Source: the human T2T-CHM13v2.0 reference genome, Homo sapiens. Taken from it: DNA of 64,000 bases. The stretch lies in NCBI RefSeq assembly GCF_009914755.1, contig NC_060926.1. The stretch is one strand, 5' to 3'. A program made the translations under genes and the position numbers. The notes under the pieces are model-generated. The model did not search any database. It was not told where the DNA came from and worked only from the letters and a program-made list of their open reading frames with translations. Shown here piece by piece: positions 23,268 to 35,597 of this stretch (positions are counted from its first letter, which is position 1; the number at the start of each line of letters is the position of its first letter).

Positions 23268-24558
23268 CTTTTTTTTTTTTGTTTTCATTATATTTTTTAT
23301 TGTATATATTTTTGGGGTACAATGTGATGATGTTTTGATACATGCATACATTGTGCAGTAATTAAACCAAACTAATTAACATATTAATTGCCTCACATAT
23401 TTGTCATTTTTTCCACGGTGAGAACATTTAAGGTCTCCTCTTTTAGCAATTTTCAAGTGTATAGTAGGTTATTATTAACTATAGTTACCATATCGTGCAA
23501 TAGATCTTCAGAACTTATGACTCTTATCTAACTGAAACTTTGCAGCCTTTGACCAACATCTCTCCATGCCCTCTTCCCCCTAGCCCCTGGTAACCACCAC
23601 TCTTCTCTCTATTTCTGTGAATTCAACTTTTTTAGATTCTACATATAAGTGAGATCATGTGTGATATGGTTTGGCTCTGTGTCCCCACCCAAATCTCATC
23701 TTGAATTGTATTCCCATAATTCCCACATGTCATGGGAGGGACCCAGCGGGAGATAATTGAATCATGGAGGCAGTTTCCCCCATTCTGTTCTCGTGGTAGT
23801 GAATAAGTCCATGAGATTTGATGGTTTTATCAGGAGTTTCCACTTTTGTGTCTTCCTCGTTCTCTCTTTGCCTGCTGCCATCCATGTAAGACGGGACGTG
23901 CTCCTCATTGCTTTCTGCCATGATTGTGAGGCTTCCTCAGCCACGTGGAACTGTAAGCCCGATTAAACCTCTTTGTTTTGTAAATTGCCCAGCCTCAGGT
24001 ATGTCTTTATCAGCAGCATGAAAACGGACTAATACAATGTGATAATTTTCTTTCTGTGCTTGACTTATTTCACTTAACATGATGTCCTCCAACATCCATG
24101 TCGTTGCAAGTGACAGGATTTCTTTCTTTTTAAAGGTGGAATAACATTCCGTTCCATTTTGTGTATGTACACACATACGTACATACACATGTACACACAC
24201 AAAATGGAGTGGGATTATATATATAATTATATAATTATGTATTTATATAAAATTATATATTTATATAAAAATTATATATATAATTTTCTTTATTCATTCA
24301 TTCATTGATGGACAATTAGGTTGATTCCATATCTTGACAATTGTGATTAAGAGGGAATCCTTGTGCACTGTTGATGAGAATATAAATAGTACAGTGCTTA
24401 TGAAAAACAGTACGGAGGTTTCTCAAAAAATTAAAAAGTAGAACTACCATATGATCCAGCATTTCCGTCTCTGGATATTTATCCAAATAAATCAGTATGT
24501 TGAAGAGATAGCTGTATTTCCATGTTTATTGCAGCATTATGCATAATTAAGATATGGT
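23268..24558 (-). mobile_element. 5'-truncated L1MA-like element with a 5' inversion (24350-24558 in + orientation)
   Basis: Poly(T), then L1MA 3'UTR antisense. Switches to sense gaactaccatatgatccagca...atgtttattgcagcatta after ~24350. Confidence 0.82.
23662..24036 (+). mobile_element. THE1 (MaLR) solo LTR, 375 bp
   Basis: TGATATGGTTTGGCT...GGACTAATACA with a perfect ATGTG TSD (23657-23661 / 24037-24041). Confidence 0.95.
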
Positions 24559-24887
24559 TATTATTTTCTTTATTGGGTCATCAGGGCTCACGTCTGGTGG
24601 TTGGTGTACCCTAAACAGTGGGCATTAAGGGATTCCCCAGGTCATTAAAAAATTGGGGGGATTAGTGTTAGGGTTAGTTCCTTCCCATCCTTTCACTTAC
24701 TTGAATCAAGAAGCTGGCAGGTTATCAGAGCTCTGCTGGGATACCTCCAGAAAGCCTCCCTGCCTTTCATTTTGCTGCCTCAGGGCCAGAGAGACCTAGC
24801 TCATTCTTCCTTCTCCCTCTAAGCCTTTTGGATAGTAAGGAATCAGTGGTCCACCATGGGGCAGATGGCCACTCCGATTCTCAGATG

Positions 24888-24996
24888 TTTTTTAAATTTT
24901 CCCTCAATTTTATTTTATTTATTTGTTATTGTCTTATTTAATGTTTGTGGGTACATAGTCGGTGTATATATGTATGGGGTACATGAGACATTTTGA
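24888..24996 (-). mobile_element. Very short L1MA 3'-end fragment
   Basis: gtgggtacatagtcggtgtatatatgtatggggtacatgag after a T-rich tail. Confidence 0.7.
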
Positions 24997-27900
24997 CTGC
25001 CATATCCTACCCAGGCTCCTCTGTCTTGGTCCTCCCTCTGGGTCTCCATCCTGATCTCCCATCAATGCGCAGCCTGCCAGAGGAAGCCCTGCCCAATTCT
25101 GTCATTCTCTCAGCCCAACTCTCCAACAGAGCTCTCAAGGCCCACTTACGTCCAGCTGCCCTGAAGTTCTGAAGCCACTTGGCTGATGAAAGACAACATT
25201 GGCAGGGAGAGTGATGGCAGCTATGTTTAGGTCCTCATAAGCCGGATGTGGAGGCATTCCCTTCTTTCTCTGCAGAGTTGATGAGTTACTATTAGTCACT
25301 GGCTCCCTTCCTTAGCCATCCTTTCATAAGATAAACTGTCTGGTGTGCATTATGTCTTTTTCAAATTAGGTTGTAGTTCCCTGAGAGCAGGAACCATGTT
25401 ATTCTACTATTCATTTTCTAGCACCTCCTTCCATACAGTGCTTTACTCAAGTGGATGAGCAATACATACGTATTAAACTGGATTGATTTGCATAAAAATA
25501 GTTGGTTTTAGGAAGGTAGTATGAGGTGGGATGGCAGCAACAGAACAGAAATCATCAAACTGTAAATCTTCCCAACACAAAACAGGAATAAAAATTAAAT
25601 AGTAATAACAAGAAGCCAGGAGAAGAAGAGAAAGGCAGCTGGCACTTACACAGTGTCTATATATGCCAGAACTGCTCTACCTGCTTTATGTGTAGGCACC
25701 CTGTTTGACCTTTCGTCAGCACTTCTAACTTATAACATGAGTACTGACTGAGTTTATAACTGTATGTGAATGTTATTCCTCTCACTAAGCAACATTTATC
25801 TCACTTCAGCCATTTTCCACACAGATGTTTACGTACTGAGCGGTGAGACCCCTCTGTACTGGAGGTGGTGTGGATGGCAGTGTGGTCTGCTCAGCCAGAG
25901 TAGGGACAGAGGCTATGATCTGTCCGAAGAGCTGCTACACAAAGGCTTTGTTTATTAGAGGGCCAGAGAGGCATCAGCATGCCTTTAGGGAGTAAATGAC
26001 CTAGGGATTGTCTGCGTTAGTTTTAGAGAAGAAAGTTGTCACCAACAAGCTTAAACAAATTATTTTCTTTTAGCTGAACTGATTGAGAGTTGCCATTTAA
26101 GTGACAATTGGAAGAAAAGAAGCTGTTATTAGGATGGGGGCGGGGGTGGAGCACAAGAGCGAGCAGATGCTCTAGGTCCATTGACATCCGTATTGGGTTG
26201 CGGGTACTGTGAGTTTCTGAGATGGAAACTGATATCAGCATGAGTGGAGGATAACAGCATTTTAGTGTATCTATCTGATAAAGAAGAGTATATATGAAAA
26301 GTTGAGGAAGATGCAGAGCAAGCATAAGAATCTGAATGTTTCTTTGCAAAGTGGAAGAGAAAGGAGGAATAAAATAAAAAAAATAGGCATGCCTCTTAAA
26401 GACTAAGATTCTAGCTAATGAATACACGGTAGGTGAAACATTAATAAATATATTAATTATGGTTTTGTTTTCGCTTCTATTTCCCAGGATTTATAGCTCC
26501 AGTGTGATGTCTTCCCTAGATTAGAACTATGAACATATATATTTAAATGTGTCTCTGTTTCACATGTATTACATTTGACAGGAAGAACTCAGTATTAACC
26601 AATATTTTCATATGCTGTCATCCCTTTTAAAACACAGAGTATTAAATAAATAAATTGGCTCAATCAGAGTTGTTTTAGAAACAAAATTTATTAACTCACT
26701 AATTGTTCTTCTCTTCCAAAAACATAAAAAATTTAAATTTACTCTAAAGATGGTTCTGTTTAAAAATGTCATTTATTATATAAAGAATTAAAATTTTTGA
26801 ACTGAAACTTCAGGTTAAAATTTTAAGAAATAAACACAAAATTCAAATAAACAAAAAACTATGTCTATAAACAGAAACAGACACCTACAGTAACAGAGAT
26901 TTAAAAAATAAGAGAAAACTGCATAATACCGAGTATAACGACTTACATTGATAAATTTTAAACACTTGATTTGTGGTCTTGTCTCTTTGTATCTTGTTTC
27001 CTGATACAAAGAAATTAATGGCTGGAAACCAATATCCTCAAATCCTGAACCAGTCACCTATTGGATCCCATGTTACTGAATGACAGATGTATATATGGGA
27101 CCCTAGGCGGATGGACATTATTACTAGGGCTTTGGCATCAAATCCTTGCTGGCAGAGGTATAAATTGACATAAACTCTCTGGAGGACAATATGACATTAG
27201 GTATTAAAAGTCTTAAAACAATACTTACCCCTTTGATCCAGTGACTTTATTTTTAGGTTTTTATTCTCAATAAAAACCAGGGACTTTTGTTTAGGAAGGC
27301 TAACTGCAGTTTTATGTGTAATAGGAAATTATAAAAATAAATTAAATATTCAATAATAGAAGCTTGGGGTTGCTTAATTCATGGCATATGCTTATAATGA
27401 AACATAAACTATCCATCAAAAATCATATTTTCAACCTTAATGATGTGGCAAAGATGTTTGAGAGTGGCAGGGTACCAAATAGTGTCTGTAATTTGATTCA
27501 TATTCTGTAAAAAATAAGTACTTATATTACTTACGAGAGAAAACACTGAAAAGAGACCCACTAAAAATTAGCAGGGTAATATGAAACAATTAAAATGTTC
27601 TTTTCTCTACTTTTCAGTATTTCCCAAATCTTTAATGATTAACATTTTTAATATTAAGTAAAATTTTAAAAGTGACATTCTCTAAAATTATTAAAGAAAA
27701 TCAGGGATACATTCTGGCAACCTGTACTATAAAAATCGATGTGGCTGAAGTGATTCCCTTAACTCATGAAACTATCTTCTGGAAAATGGGAAAACTATCC
27801 TGTTGCAAAATCCCTCTGTACAAAACTGGTTTCGCTCTTGATAATTGTTTGCTTGTTCCTTTGTTTTGGCTCCTGGATGTGACATGTGGCAGGCCTGAGC

Positions 27901-28529
27901 ATGAGGCCTTTTGAGGTCTCTGGGCAAATTGAGTTTCAGGCAACCAGTGGCTGGGGGAAGTGGTTAACCTTGTCACATGAAGCCATCTTCTGAGCCATAT
28001 CCAGCTGGAGTGATGTCTCAGATCCTGGATGTTATAGACACTCTTTAGGATGGCTACATGTTTTGGCGCTTTGCCATCTTCTCAAGTTTTGCAGATGCAG
28101 CTATTTAGAGTTAAACTCATTCATCCCTCAGCACTGGAGGCACCACACTAGGATCTGGGAAGACATTGAAACCTGTCAGATAGCATCGGTTCCCACTCCA
28201 GAGCAACTGTGAAGAGGCTCTGCTATACATCTATTCACGCTGGACACCAGTTTTTGACTTGGAAGGATGGTAATTAGGTCTGCCTGGTTCAGATGCTGCT
28301 CCATAACATGAATTGGAAAAATTGTAATCTTAAAATTGTATCCATTTCATTTATTATCAAAGTAATTCATAATAATCTTTAAAATTACATATGGAAAAGG
28401 GCAATAACAGGAAAAGTGATCACCCTGCCAACAGTGCTGCCTTTGGACGGCCCTCCAGCCAGTTGCTGGCTGAGGGATTTCCCTTTGCATCACTCCACAT
28501 GCTCCTCTACCTTAATGGGAGGATACCCG

Positions 28530-28680
28530 ATCGAGCTCATGCAAATTCTGGAGCCCCAGACCAGACCTACTGAATCAGAAACAGAGTTGAAGGAGAAGGT
28601 GCTAGTATAGGGGAGGGACACAATTTGTGTTTTGATAAACCCTTCAGGCGATTGTGATATATGCTTAAGTTTAAGATCCA
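28530..28680. mobile_element. MER5A-like MITE
   Basis: atgcaaattctggagccccagaccagacctactgaatcagaa...aagtttaaga. Confidence 0.7.
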
Positions 28681-28682
28681 GT

Positions 28683-28842
28683 TTGGGGTGTGGTAGCAAA
28701 TGCCTGTAGCCCCAGCTACTTAGGAGGCTCAGGTGAGAGGATCACTTGAACCCAGGAGGTCGAGGCTACAGTGAGCTATGATTGTAACACTGCATTCCAG
28801 CCTGGGGGACGAAGTGAGACTCTGGCTCTGAAAAACAAAAAA
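28683..28842 (+). mobile_element. Alu right-monomer-type element (FRAM/AluJ fragment)
   Basis: cctgtagccccagctacttaggaggct...gagctatgattg...A-rich tail. Confidence 0.8.
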
Positions 28843-29147
28843 TGTTTAAGATCCATCATCCTAAAGTCAAAGACGTTTTCTTATACAATGAAAATAACAT
28901 TGTCATATTGTCATGTATTTAACACTAATACAACAGTCTATTATCTGTTATCTAATTGATGGTGTACTTTTAATTTTTCCAATCATCCTAAAATGTCTTT
29001 TTTAGCTTTTTTTTTCCTGATGCAGACCCAATCATGTACCGTACGCTGCATTCATTTGATTGTCATGTTACTTTATTTTCTCTAATCTTGAATACTCCTC
29101 TGCCTTTATTATTATTTGAAAAAAAAAAACCTTTCAGTGAATTTGGT

Positions 29148-29320
29148 ATTTTTTTTGTTTGTTTTTTTGAGAAAGGTCTTGCTCTGTTGCAAGACTGCTT
29201 TACTCTTTTTATAGAGACAAGGTCTCACTATGTTTCCCAGGCTGGTTTCAAACTCCTGGGCTCAAGGGGTTCTCCTGCCTTAGCCTCTCAAACTGTTGTG
29301 ATTATAGGTGTGAGCCACAC
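29148..29320 (-). mobile_element. AluJ-like fragment, internally deleted
   Basis: gagacaaggtctcactatgtttcccaggctgg...gtgagccac. Confidence 0.75.
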
Positions 29321-30619
29321 TTAATAAAATGTTTCTTAATGCAATCATGATGTAACAATCAGACACTTCCAGACTGTAAGACATTCTGTAAGACTACTGG
29401 CATGGACTTTTCAAAAAATACTGTAGAGAAAACTGTTGCTCCCACTACATTTTCAGTCTCTCCTTCATGTCTCAGAAATTGAAAAGTCATCAAAATTAAA
29501 TTTGCCTGAACTCAGCTTACGGAATTTTCTAGAACAGTGCTGGGGATGAAAATGGTTTGGGAGTTATTTTGTTTTCTACTTTTCTCCACGTTCTGGTTGG
29601 AATTCTGCCATGATTAATGGAGAACATAATTAAATATTTGTTATCAGCCACAACCTTTAATGGGGTAGTGTTTGCCCAGTCAAGGGTTTTTCCCTCCTAC
29701 TATTTCCATGAGATATCAACAGTCACAACAGCTGTCTCTACCTTTCTATAATCTGTTCAGTGCATTTGAACCTCAACAATATAAGATTAGTAATCATTAT
29801 CTGTTCATTCAACAAATATTCAAGTGCCAGATTCTGTGCTACACATACAATAGATAAGTATGATTCCTGTTCCGAACAAGAGAGACATATAAAAAGGCAA
29901 GTACAATATAGCATGATACATGTAATATTAGGGGAAGCATGGAGCACATACAGGGAACCTGGCCCTGAGCTGGAGAGTCAGGGCAGGTTTCACAATGGGG
30001 TGACATCTGAGCTGCCTATGCCATGCTGCAGTAACAAACAGCCCCCACATCCCAGTGGCTTAACTAATGGAGGTTTATTTCTTGCTTCTGTAAGAAGCAT
30101 TCTAATTACAGTTCCTTGGTCAGAACTAGTCACATGGTCCCCCTGAGCTGCAAGGAGCTTAGGAAGGGTGATTGTCACGAGCTCGGAAAGGAGGACTGTG
30201 AAACAGAATTTTGAATGGCATTGTCTCTGCCTCAATCCATCTTTCTGGCTACCAGATACCCATTTTATTCTCTCTTCCACACACAGAATACAGTCAATTC
30301 AGTATCTCAGCCAGTTACTGTACCAAATTCAAAGTCCAGGATTTCTGGATAAATTAGATGATTAAGAATATGGTACAGCACGCATATTTAAATGTTTCTA
30401 GGTATGAATATATTGACAGATTCTCAGATGAACTAAAAATAGATGAGTATCTGTTCTTCCACCCTACACCAAATATGCAATTGTAAAATAAGACAGGGGA
30501 AATCACAATAAACATTCTTGTTTAGAAGGGAGAAGGATAGGAAATACATAGCAGTCACTAGTCCATGGCAATTCGGAAATCCTCCTGGGCAGACTTTATG
30601 GGATGCCTTTCACCTAAAG

Positions 30620-30840
30620 CAGTGATTCCCAGCCAGGGACAATTTTGTCCCTTAGGGGACATTTGGCAATGTCTCCAGACATTTCTTTTTGTCACAACTG
30701 GGGAAGAGAATCTACTGGCATCTAGTGGGTAGAAGTAAGGGATACTGCTAAACAACTTGCAACGCACAGGACAGCCCCCATCCCTTAACAAAAAAATTAC
30801 TGAGTCTAAAAGTTCAATAAAGCCAAGGCTGAGAACCCTG
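30620..30840 (+). mobile_element. MER20 (hAT MITE)
   Basis: ggggacatttggcaatgtct...ctactggcatctagtgggtaga...ggctgagaaccctg. Confidence 0.88.
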
Positions 30841-31186
30841 AGCTTGGGATAAGAAGGATTCCTTGAGTAGACCCTGCTCTTGCTTCTTCATCCACTGTGG
30901 CTTTGGGTCTTAGTTCTTACTTTTTGGAGCCTTGTTCTTTTCTCCCCATTTTTCTTCATGGTCACATCTAAATGGAGCATTGAGGAGTACTTCTCCTTGA
31001 GTGTAGCACAGATGTTACCTCTGTAAAATGAGGGACCCAAGTGTCATTTAAAAGTCTTGAACAGTCATAATTTTCTTTTTTTCCTAATTCTTGGTTTCTT
31101 TGACAGCTTAACTGTTTCAAAAACATATCTGATTCTTCTCAGTGTCTTGTGTCTGTACTTATACCCAAAGTTCTTTATAAGACATG

Positions 31187-31708
31187 TGTATTAGCCAGGG
31201 TTCCCTAGAGGGACAGAACTAGTTGGATAGATGTATATATGAAGGGGAGTTTATTAAGGAGTATTGACTCTCACAATCACAAAGTGAAGTCCCAGCATAA
31301 GACATTTGCAAGCTGAAGAGCTAGGAAGCCAGTCTGAGTCCCCAAACCTCAAAAGTAGGGAAGCTGACAATGCAGCCTTCAGTCTGTCGCTGAAGGCTTG
31401 AAAGCCACTGACAAACCACTGGTGTAAGTTCAAGAGTCCAAAAGCCGAAGAACTTGGAGTCTGATGTTCAAAGGCAGGAAGCATCCATCATGGGAGAAAG
31501 ACGAAGGCTGGAAGACTCAGCAAGTAGGCCTCTCCCACCTTCTTCTGCCTGCTTTATGCTAGCCACCCAGATTGAGGGTAGGTCTGTGTCTCCCAGTTCA
31601 CTGACTCAAATGTTAATCTCCTTTGGCAGCACCCTCACAGACACATCCAGGGACAGTACTTTGCATCCTTCGATCCAATCAAGTTGACTCTTAATATTAA
31701 CCATCACA
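31187..31708 (-). mobile_element. MLT2 (ERVL) solo LTR, MLT2A2/B-like
   Basis: Minus strand starts TGTGATGGTTAATATTAAGAGTCAACTTGATTGG. TSD ACATG/ACACG. Confidence 0.88.
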
Positions 31709-32339
31709 ACACGCTTCTCATACGTGTTCTCTATTTTTGCTTTTTCATCCCCTGCAAGCTGTCTTAATGGAGAAGGTCTTGAGTGTCTATTGAAAGGCTT
31801 CACATTTAGCCTCATCTCTGACCCAAGACTGAATTTTAAGAGGCTTTTGCCACCACTCAAAGACTTTTTTTTTTTTTAACATTGTTATCTCTTCCTATTT
31901 GAGGAATAAAAGAAATTGGCTTTTCCAGTCCTTCAAAGCTACGAATTTCTGAGCTGTTTGTTCTTCATTTCTGCTTAATTTCCTGATTCCAACTCTTTTT
32001 GTAATTCCTCGCCAAATGCAGCAAATAACAAATAACACAGATTATTAAATTTCTTCTTTCCAGTGTCTTCCATTCGAGCTGAACAACTTCACTAGGGAAG
32101 TCTTTTCCAAGTATTCACAGACAACAATTTTACTAAATATTTTCAACTTTATAACATGGATTAATGTTTTCCCAGCATTGAATATCTATTTTCTTACCTT
32201 TGCTACCCATCTGCTAAGCCAATGGCACATATATTAGTTTTTACTGTGGTAGTATCCAACTCCTGACACCATTTTCTGTATTAGCCAGAAAATACTAGGC
32301 GATGCTATGGTCAGGAATATTTCCAAAGCTTAGTGGGTT

Positions 32340-32377
<38 letters not shown>

Positions 32378-32378
32378 A
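32340..32378. repeat. (AAC)n microsatellite
   Basis: About 12 units. Confidence 0.95.
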
Positions 32379-33641
32379 ACCTCTTGTTTTTTGCTCACAG
32401 AAAGCCTGCTGTCGGCTTGGATGACTGACTCTTTTTTTTTGTAGTCACTCAGAGATGCTGCCTCTTCAGGCTTAAGGCTCTGCCTTCTCAACTTGAGACC
32501 TCTGAGTTTGCAATAGCAGGTGAAGCAAGACATGAGAATCGGGCAGAAGCTTTCATTGCCACAGGCTGGAAATGACACACATCACTTCTAATCACATTTC
32601 ATTGGTAAAAGCTAGTGATATAGCTTTCCCTAATATCACAAGGGCTGAGAAGTGTACTTTTCCATGTGCCTAAGAAAGGGAAATATTAAACAAGATTTTA
32701 TAAACATAAAATATTGTCTCCACTTAGCCAAAAACCTGAAGAGTTGTAAGTAGTTAATGAGATAAAAGGAATGGAATGGGAGAAAGAGTATTCCAGGCAG
32801 AGAGGATTATGTATGTGAAAGCCTGGAGACTAAAAAGAATGTGGATCATTGAAGGAATTGACAGAAGTGTTCTGTGGCTGAAATGCTGTGAGGGCAATAT
32901 TGGGAGAAGGAAGAGAAGAGAGTAAAGAAAACCCAGATAGGGGCTCTCATTGTGCTGAGCTTTGTTAATTCATATTAAGGAGAAAGGAATTCATTCAATG
33001 TCAAAGTGGGCATTTTAAGCAGGAGAGTGATAACTTCACAGATATATATTAGAAAAAATATTCTGGCTTCTTAGAGTCCAGAATGGATTGGAGTGGGCAA
33101 GACAGGAGGCAGGGATCCAGTTAAGAGATTCTTGCAAGGGACTGCCTGAACTTGAGTAGTTTTAGAGAGGATAGAGTGACGTGGATGAGTTTGACAGAGT
33201 CATGGGAGGCAGAGTCAATAGAAACTGATGAGTTATTAGCTATAAACAGGTGGTAGAGTCAGAGACGAGACCTGAGTTTCTGATTGTGCTATTCGGTGGA
33301 CTGTGACATCATTTGCTGATGGAAAATACAGGCAGAAGTGCCAGCACTCAGACACAGGCACCCCATCCTGTCAGTTTTTATAGTAGAAAGCTGGCCTGTT
33401 GTTGATGACAGAAAGACTTGACAATTATATTAGCCACTGAGCATCAGGAGTCAAGGCCTTATTTCAGAACCCCCACTCCTCTGGGAGTTTTGGGGGGCTA
33501 CTCATTCTATAGGAATAAAATAGGGTGCTTATCAGTGTCAACCATATCCTAATGAGAAGTTGAAGATCCCCACCCATAATGACTCTATGTTAGTACAGTC
33601 ACTTTGGAAAATAGTGTTACTTACAAAAGTTGAACATATAC

Positions 33642-33961
33642 TATGATAATTAATTTTATGTCTCAGCTTGGCTGGACCATGCTGTTCAAATATGTGGTCA
33701 GACATTATTCTGGATATTTCTGTGAGGGTGTTTTGGATGAGATTAACATTTAAATAGGTGGACATTGCAGCTGATGGTCTTTGGACCTGAACTGTATGCT
33801 TGGCTCTTTCCTGAGTCTCCAGCCTGCTGGCGCATCTTGTAGATTCCGAACTTGCCAGCCTCCATAATTACAAAAGCCAATGTCTTAAAACAAATATTTT
33901 TATAACTATATAGACACACATCCTACCAGTTCTATTTTTCTGAATAACTTGGTCTAATACA
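33642..33961 (+). mobile_element. MLT2 (ERVL) LTR, internally deleted
   Basis: attaattttatgtctcagcttggctgg...ggatgagattaacatttaaat...ctaataca. Confidence 0.75.
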
Positions 33962-34540
33962 TATGCTAACTATACAACCCAGTAATTCCACCCTTGGGTA
34001 GGTACCATGGAGAAAGTGGAGAAGATGAATAGATGCACAGACAAAAATGTTGACAGCAACATTGTTCATAGTTGTCCCAGTAACTACACAAATGTCCATC
34101 AGCAGTAGTATATATAGACACATTGTGCTATGGCCATACAATGGAATAATATACAGCAATGAGAATGAATCAACTAGAATAACACACAAAAACATGAATG
34201 AATCTTATGAACATAATGCTGAATGGAAAAAAAGCAAGCTATAGAAGACTATGCACAATAAATTTCCTCTATATAAATTTAACAACATGAAAAAGTAAAC
34301 TATAATTTTAAGGATGCATATTTAATTAGTAATAATTTAAAGAAAAAAAAGCAATTACCAAAAAAATTCTGGGTAGTATTTATTTTTAGGGTGTATGAAA
34401 AGGAACATACAGGAGATTTGCAATGTTCTATTTCTTGTCCCATGTGGTGGTTATGTGAGTCTTCACTTATACTTATCCAACATACTACTCATTTATGTTT
34501 AAGACACTTTAGGTGTTTTCTTTCATAATGTAAAAAAGAA
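33962..34540 (+). mobile_element. L1ME-like 3' end
   Basis: aaatgtccatcagcagtag...caatggaataatatacagcaatg. Confidence 0.7.
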
Positions 34541-34643
34541 ATATAGTTTTCCGATATTCCCTCTAATTTTTTTTCAGTCAGAGGATGGTTTATCCCAGCC
34601 ATTGGAACTGATAAATTATTCCCATCCTGTTCCCTGCAGAATA

Positions 34644-34646
<3 letters not shown>

Positions 34647-34700
<54 letters not shown>

Positions 34701-34713
34701 TTTGTGTGTGTGT
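34647..34713. repeat. (TG)n microsatellite
   Basis: About 23 perfect TG units followed by an imperfect tail. Confidence 0.97.
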
Positions 34714-35235
34714 TGGGGGTGGTTCTCTGCTAACAGAGATAAGACCTTGCCTTTTCTACCCCCTGAAAGCATTAATGACCTCAACATGATCTCAAATTGC
34801 TGGGCCATATTTGCTTTGACTTCTACCACTAAAGCCTGAAGCAGGGTTTCTGTATCTTGTGATTTTTCTTCTGTTCATTTGCTTCTCCTGATTAACTGTG
34901 ACAGTGAAAATCTAAAGAGGCCTGGAGACTTTAAAGCAGTTTGAGTAACCACAGTAGCATGTCACTGTTTATAGCGTCTGTTGTCACAAGTTCCAAATAG
35001 GCCTGCATTAGCCAGTCTTCAAATCTACTGGCCCTTTTTCACTATTTTTTGTAATGATTACTTTTGGTATGGGTCCAGCTGGGGGTGGTTTTGCCTGGAC
35101 TGTGATGCCGTGTTAAATCTCCACCTGCTTTTTAGCAGTCAGTCACTTCAAGGCTCCAATGACCTCTAATGGAAGAAACACTGACTTTGTGATTTTTGTT
35201 CTCTTCCTTGTCTCAGGGACGTGCCATTATGGCAC

Positions 35236-35597
35236 TGTCTTAGTCTGTTTGGGATGCTACAGAAGAATACCATGATCTGGGCAGCCCACAAACTGAAGCT
35301 TGTCTCTCCAAGTTGTGGAGGCTGAGAAGTCCAAGTCAAGGCACCAGCTGACTTGATGTCTGGCGAGGGCCTACTTCCTGGTTCATAGATGGCAACCTCT
35401 TGCTGTGTCCTTGCATGGTGGAAGGAGTAAGGCAGCTTTCTGGGACCTCTTTTATAAAAGCACTAAATGCCATTCATGAGAGTTCTGCCCTCATTACCTA
35501 ATCACCTCCCAAAGGCCCCACCTTCTAATACCAACACATTGGTAATTAGGTTTCATCATATGAATTCTGGGGGTACACAAACATTCAGACCATGGCA
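35236..35597 (-). mobile_element. MLT1A0-like MaLR solo LTR
   Basis: tgtcttagtc...cattcagaccatggca with a perfect GGCAC TSD. Confidence 0.9.

Larger units (their letters stand above)
29795..33340 (-). mobile_element. L2 interrupted by an ancient MLT1 MaLR element (LTR-int-LTR, ~30012-32725), itself carrying MER20 and MLT2 insertions
   Basis: The L2 tail ttcattcaacaaatatt runs to catctgagctg (~30012) and resumes aaacctgaag...tattccaggcagag (~32730). MLT1-like LTRs at ~30015-30230 and ~32277-32720. MaLR int/LTR junction ctcctgacaccattttctgtattag. Confidence 0.6.

Noticed and set aside
26023-26427. 134-aa minus-strand ORF
   Set aside because: Non-ATG start, no domain, and no supporting splice or promoter context.
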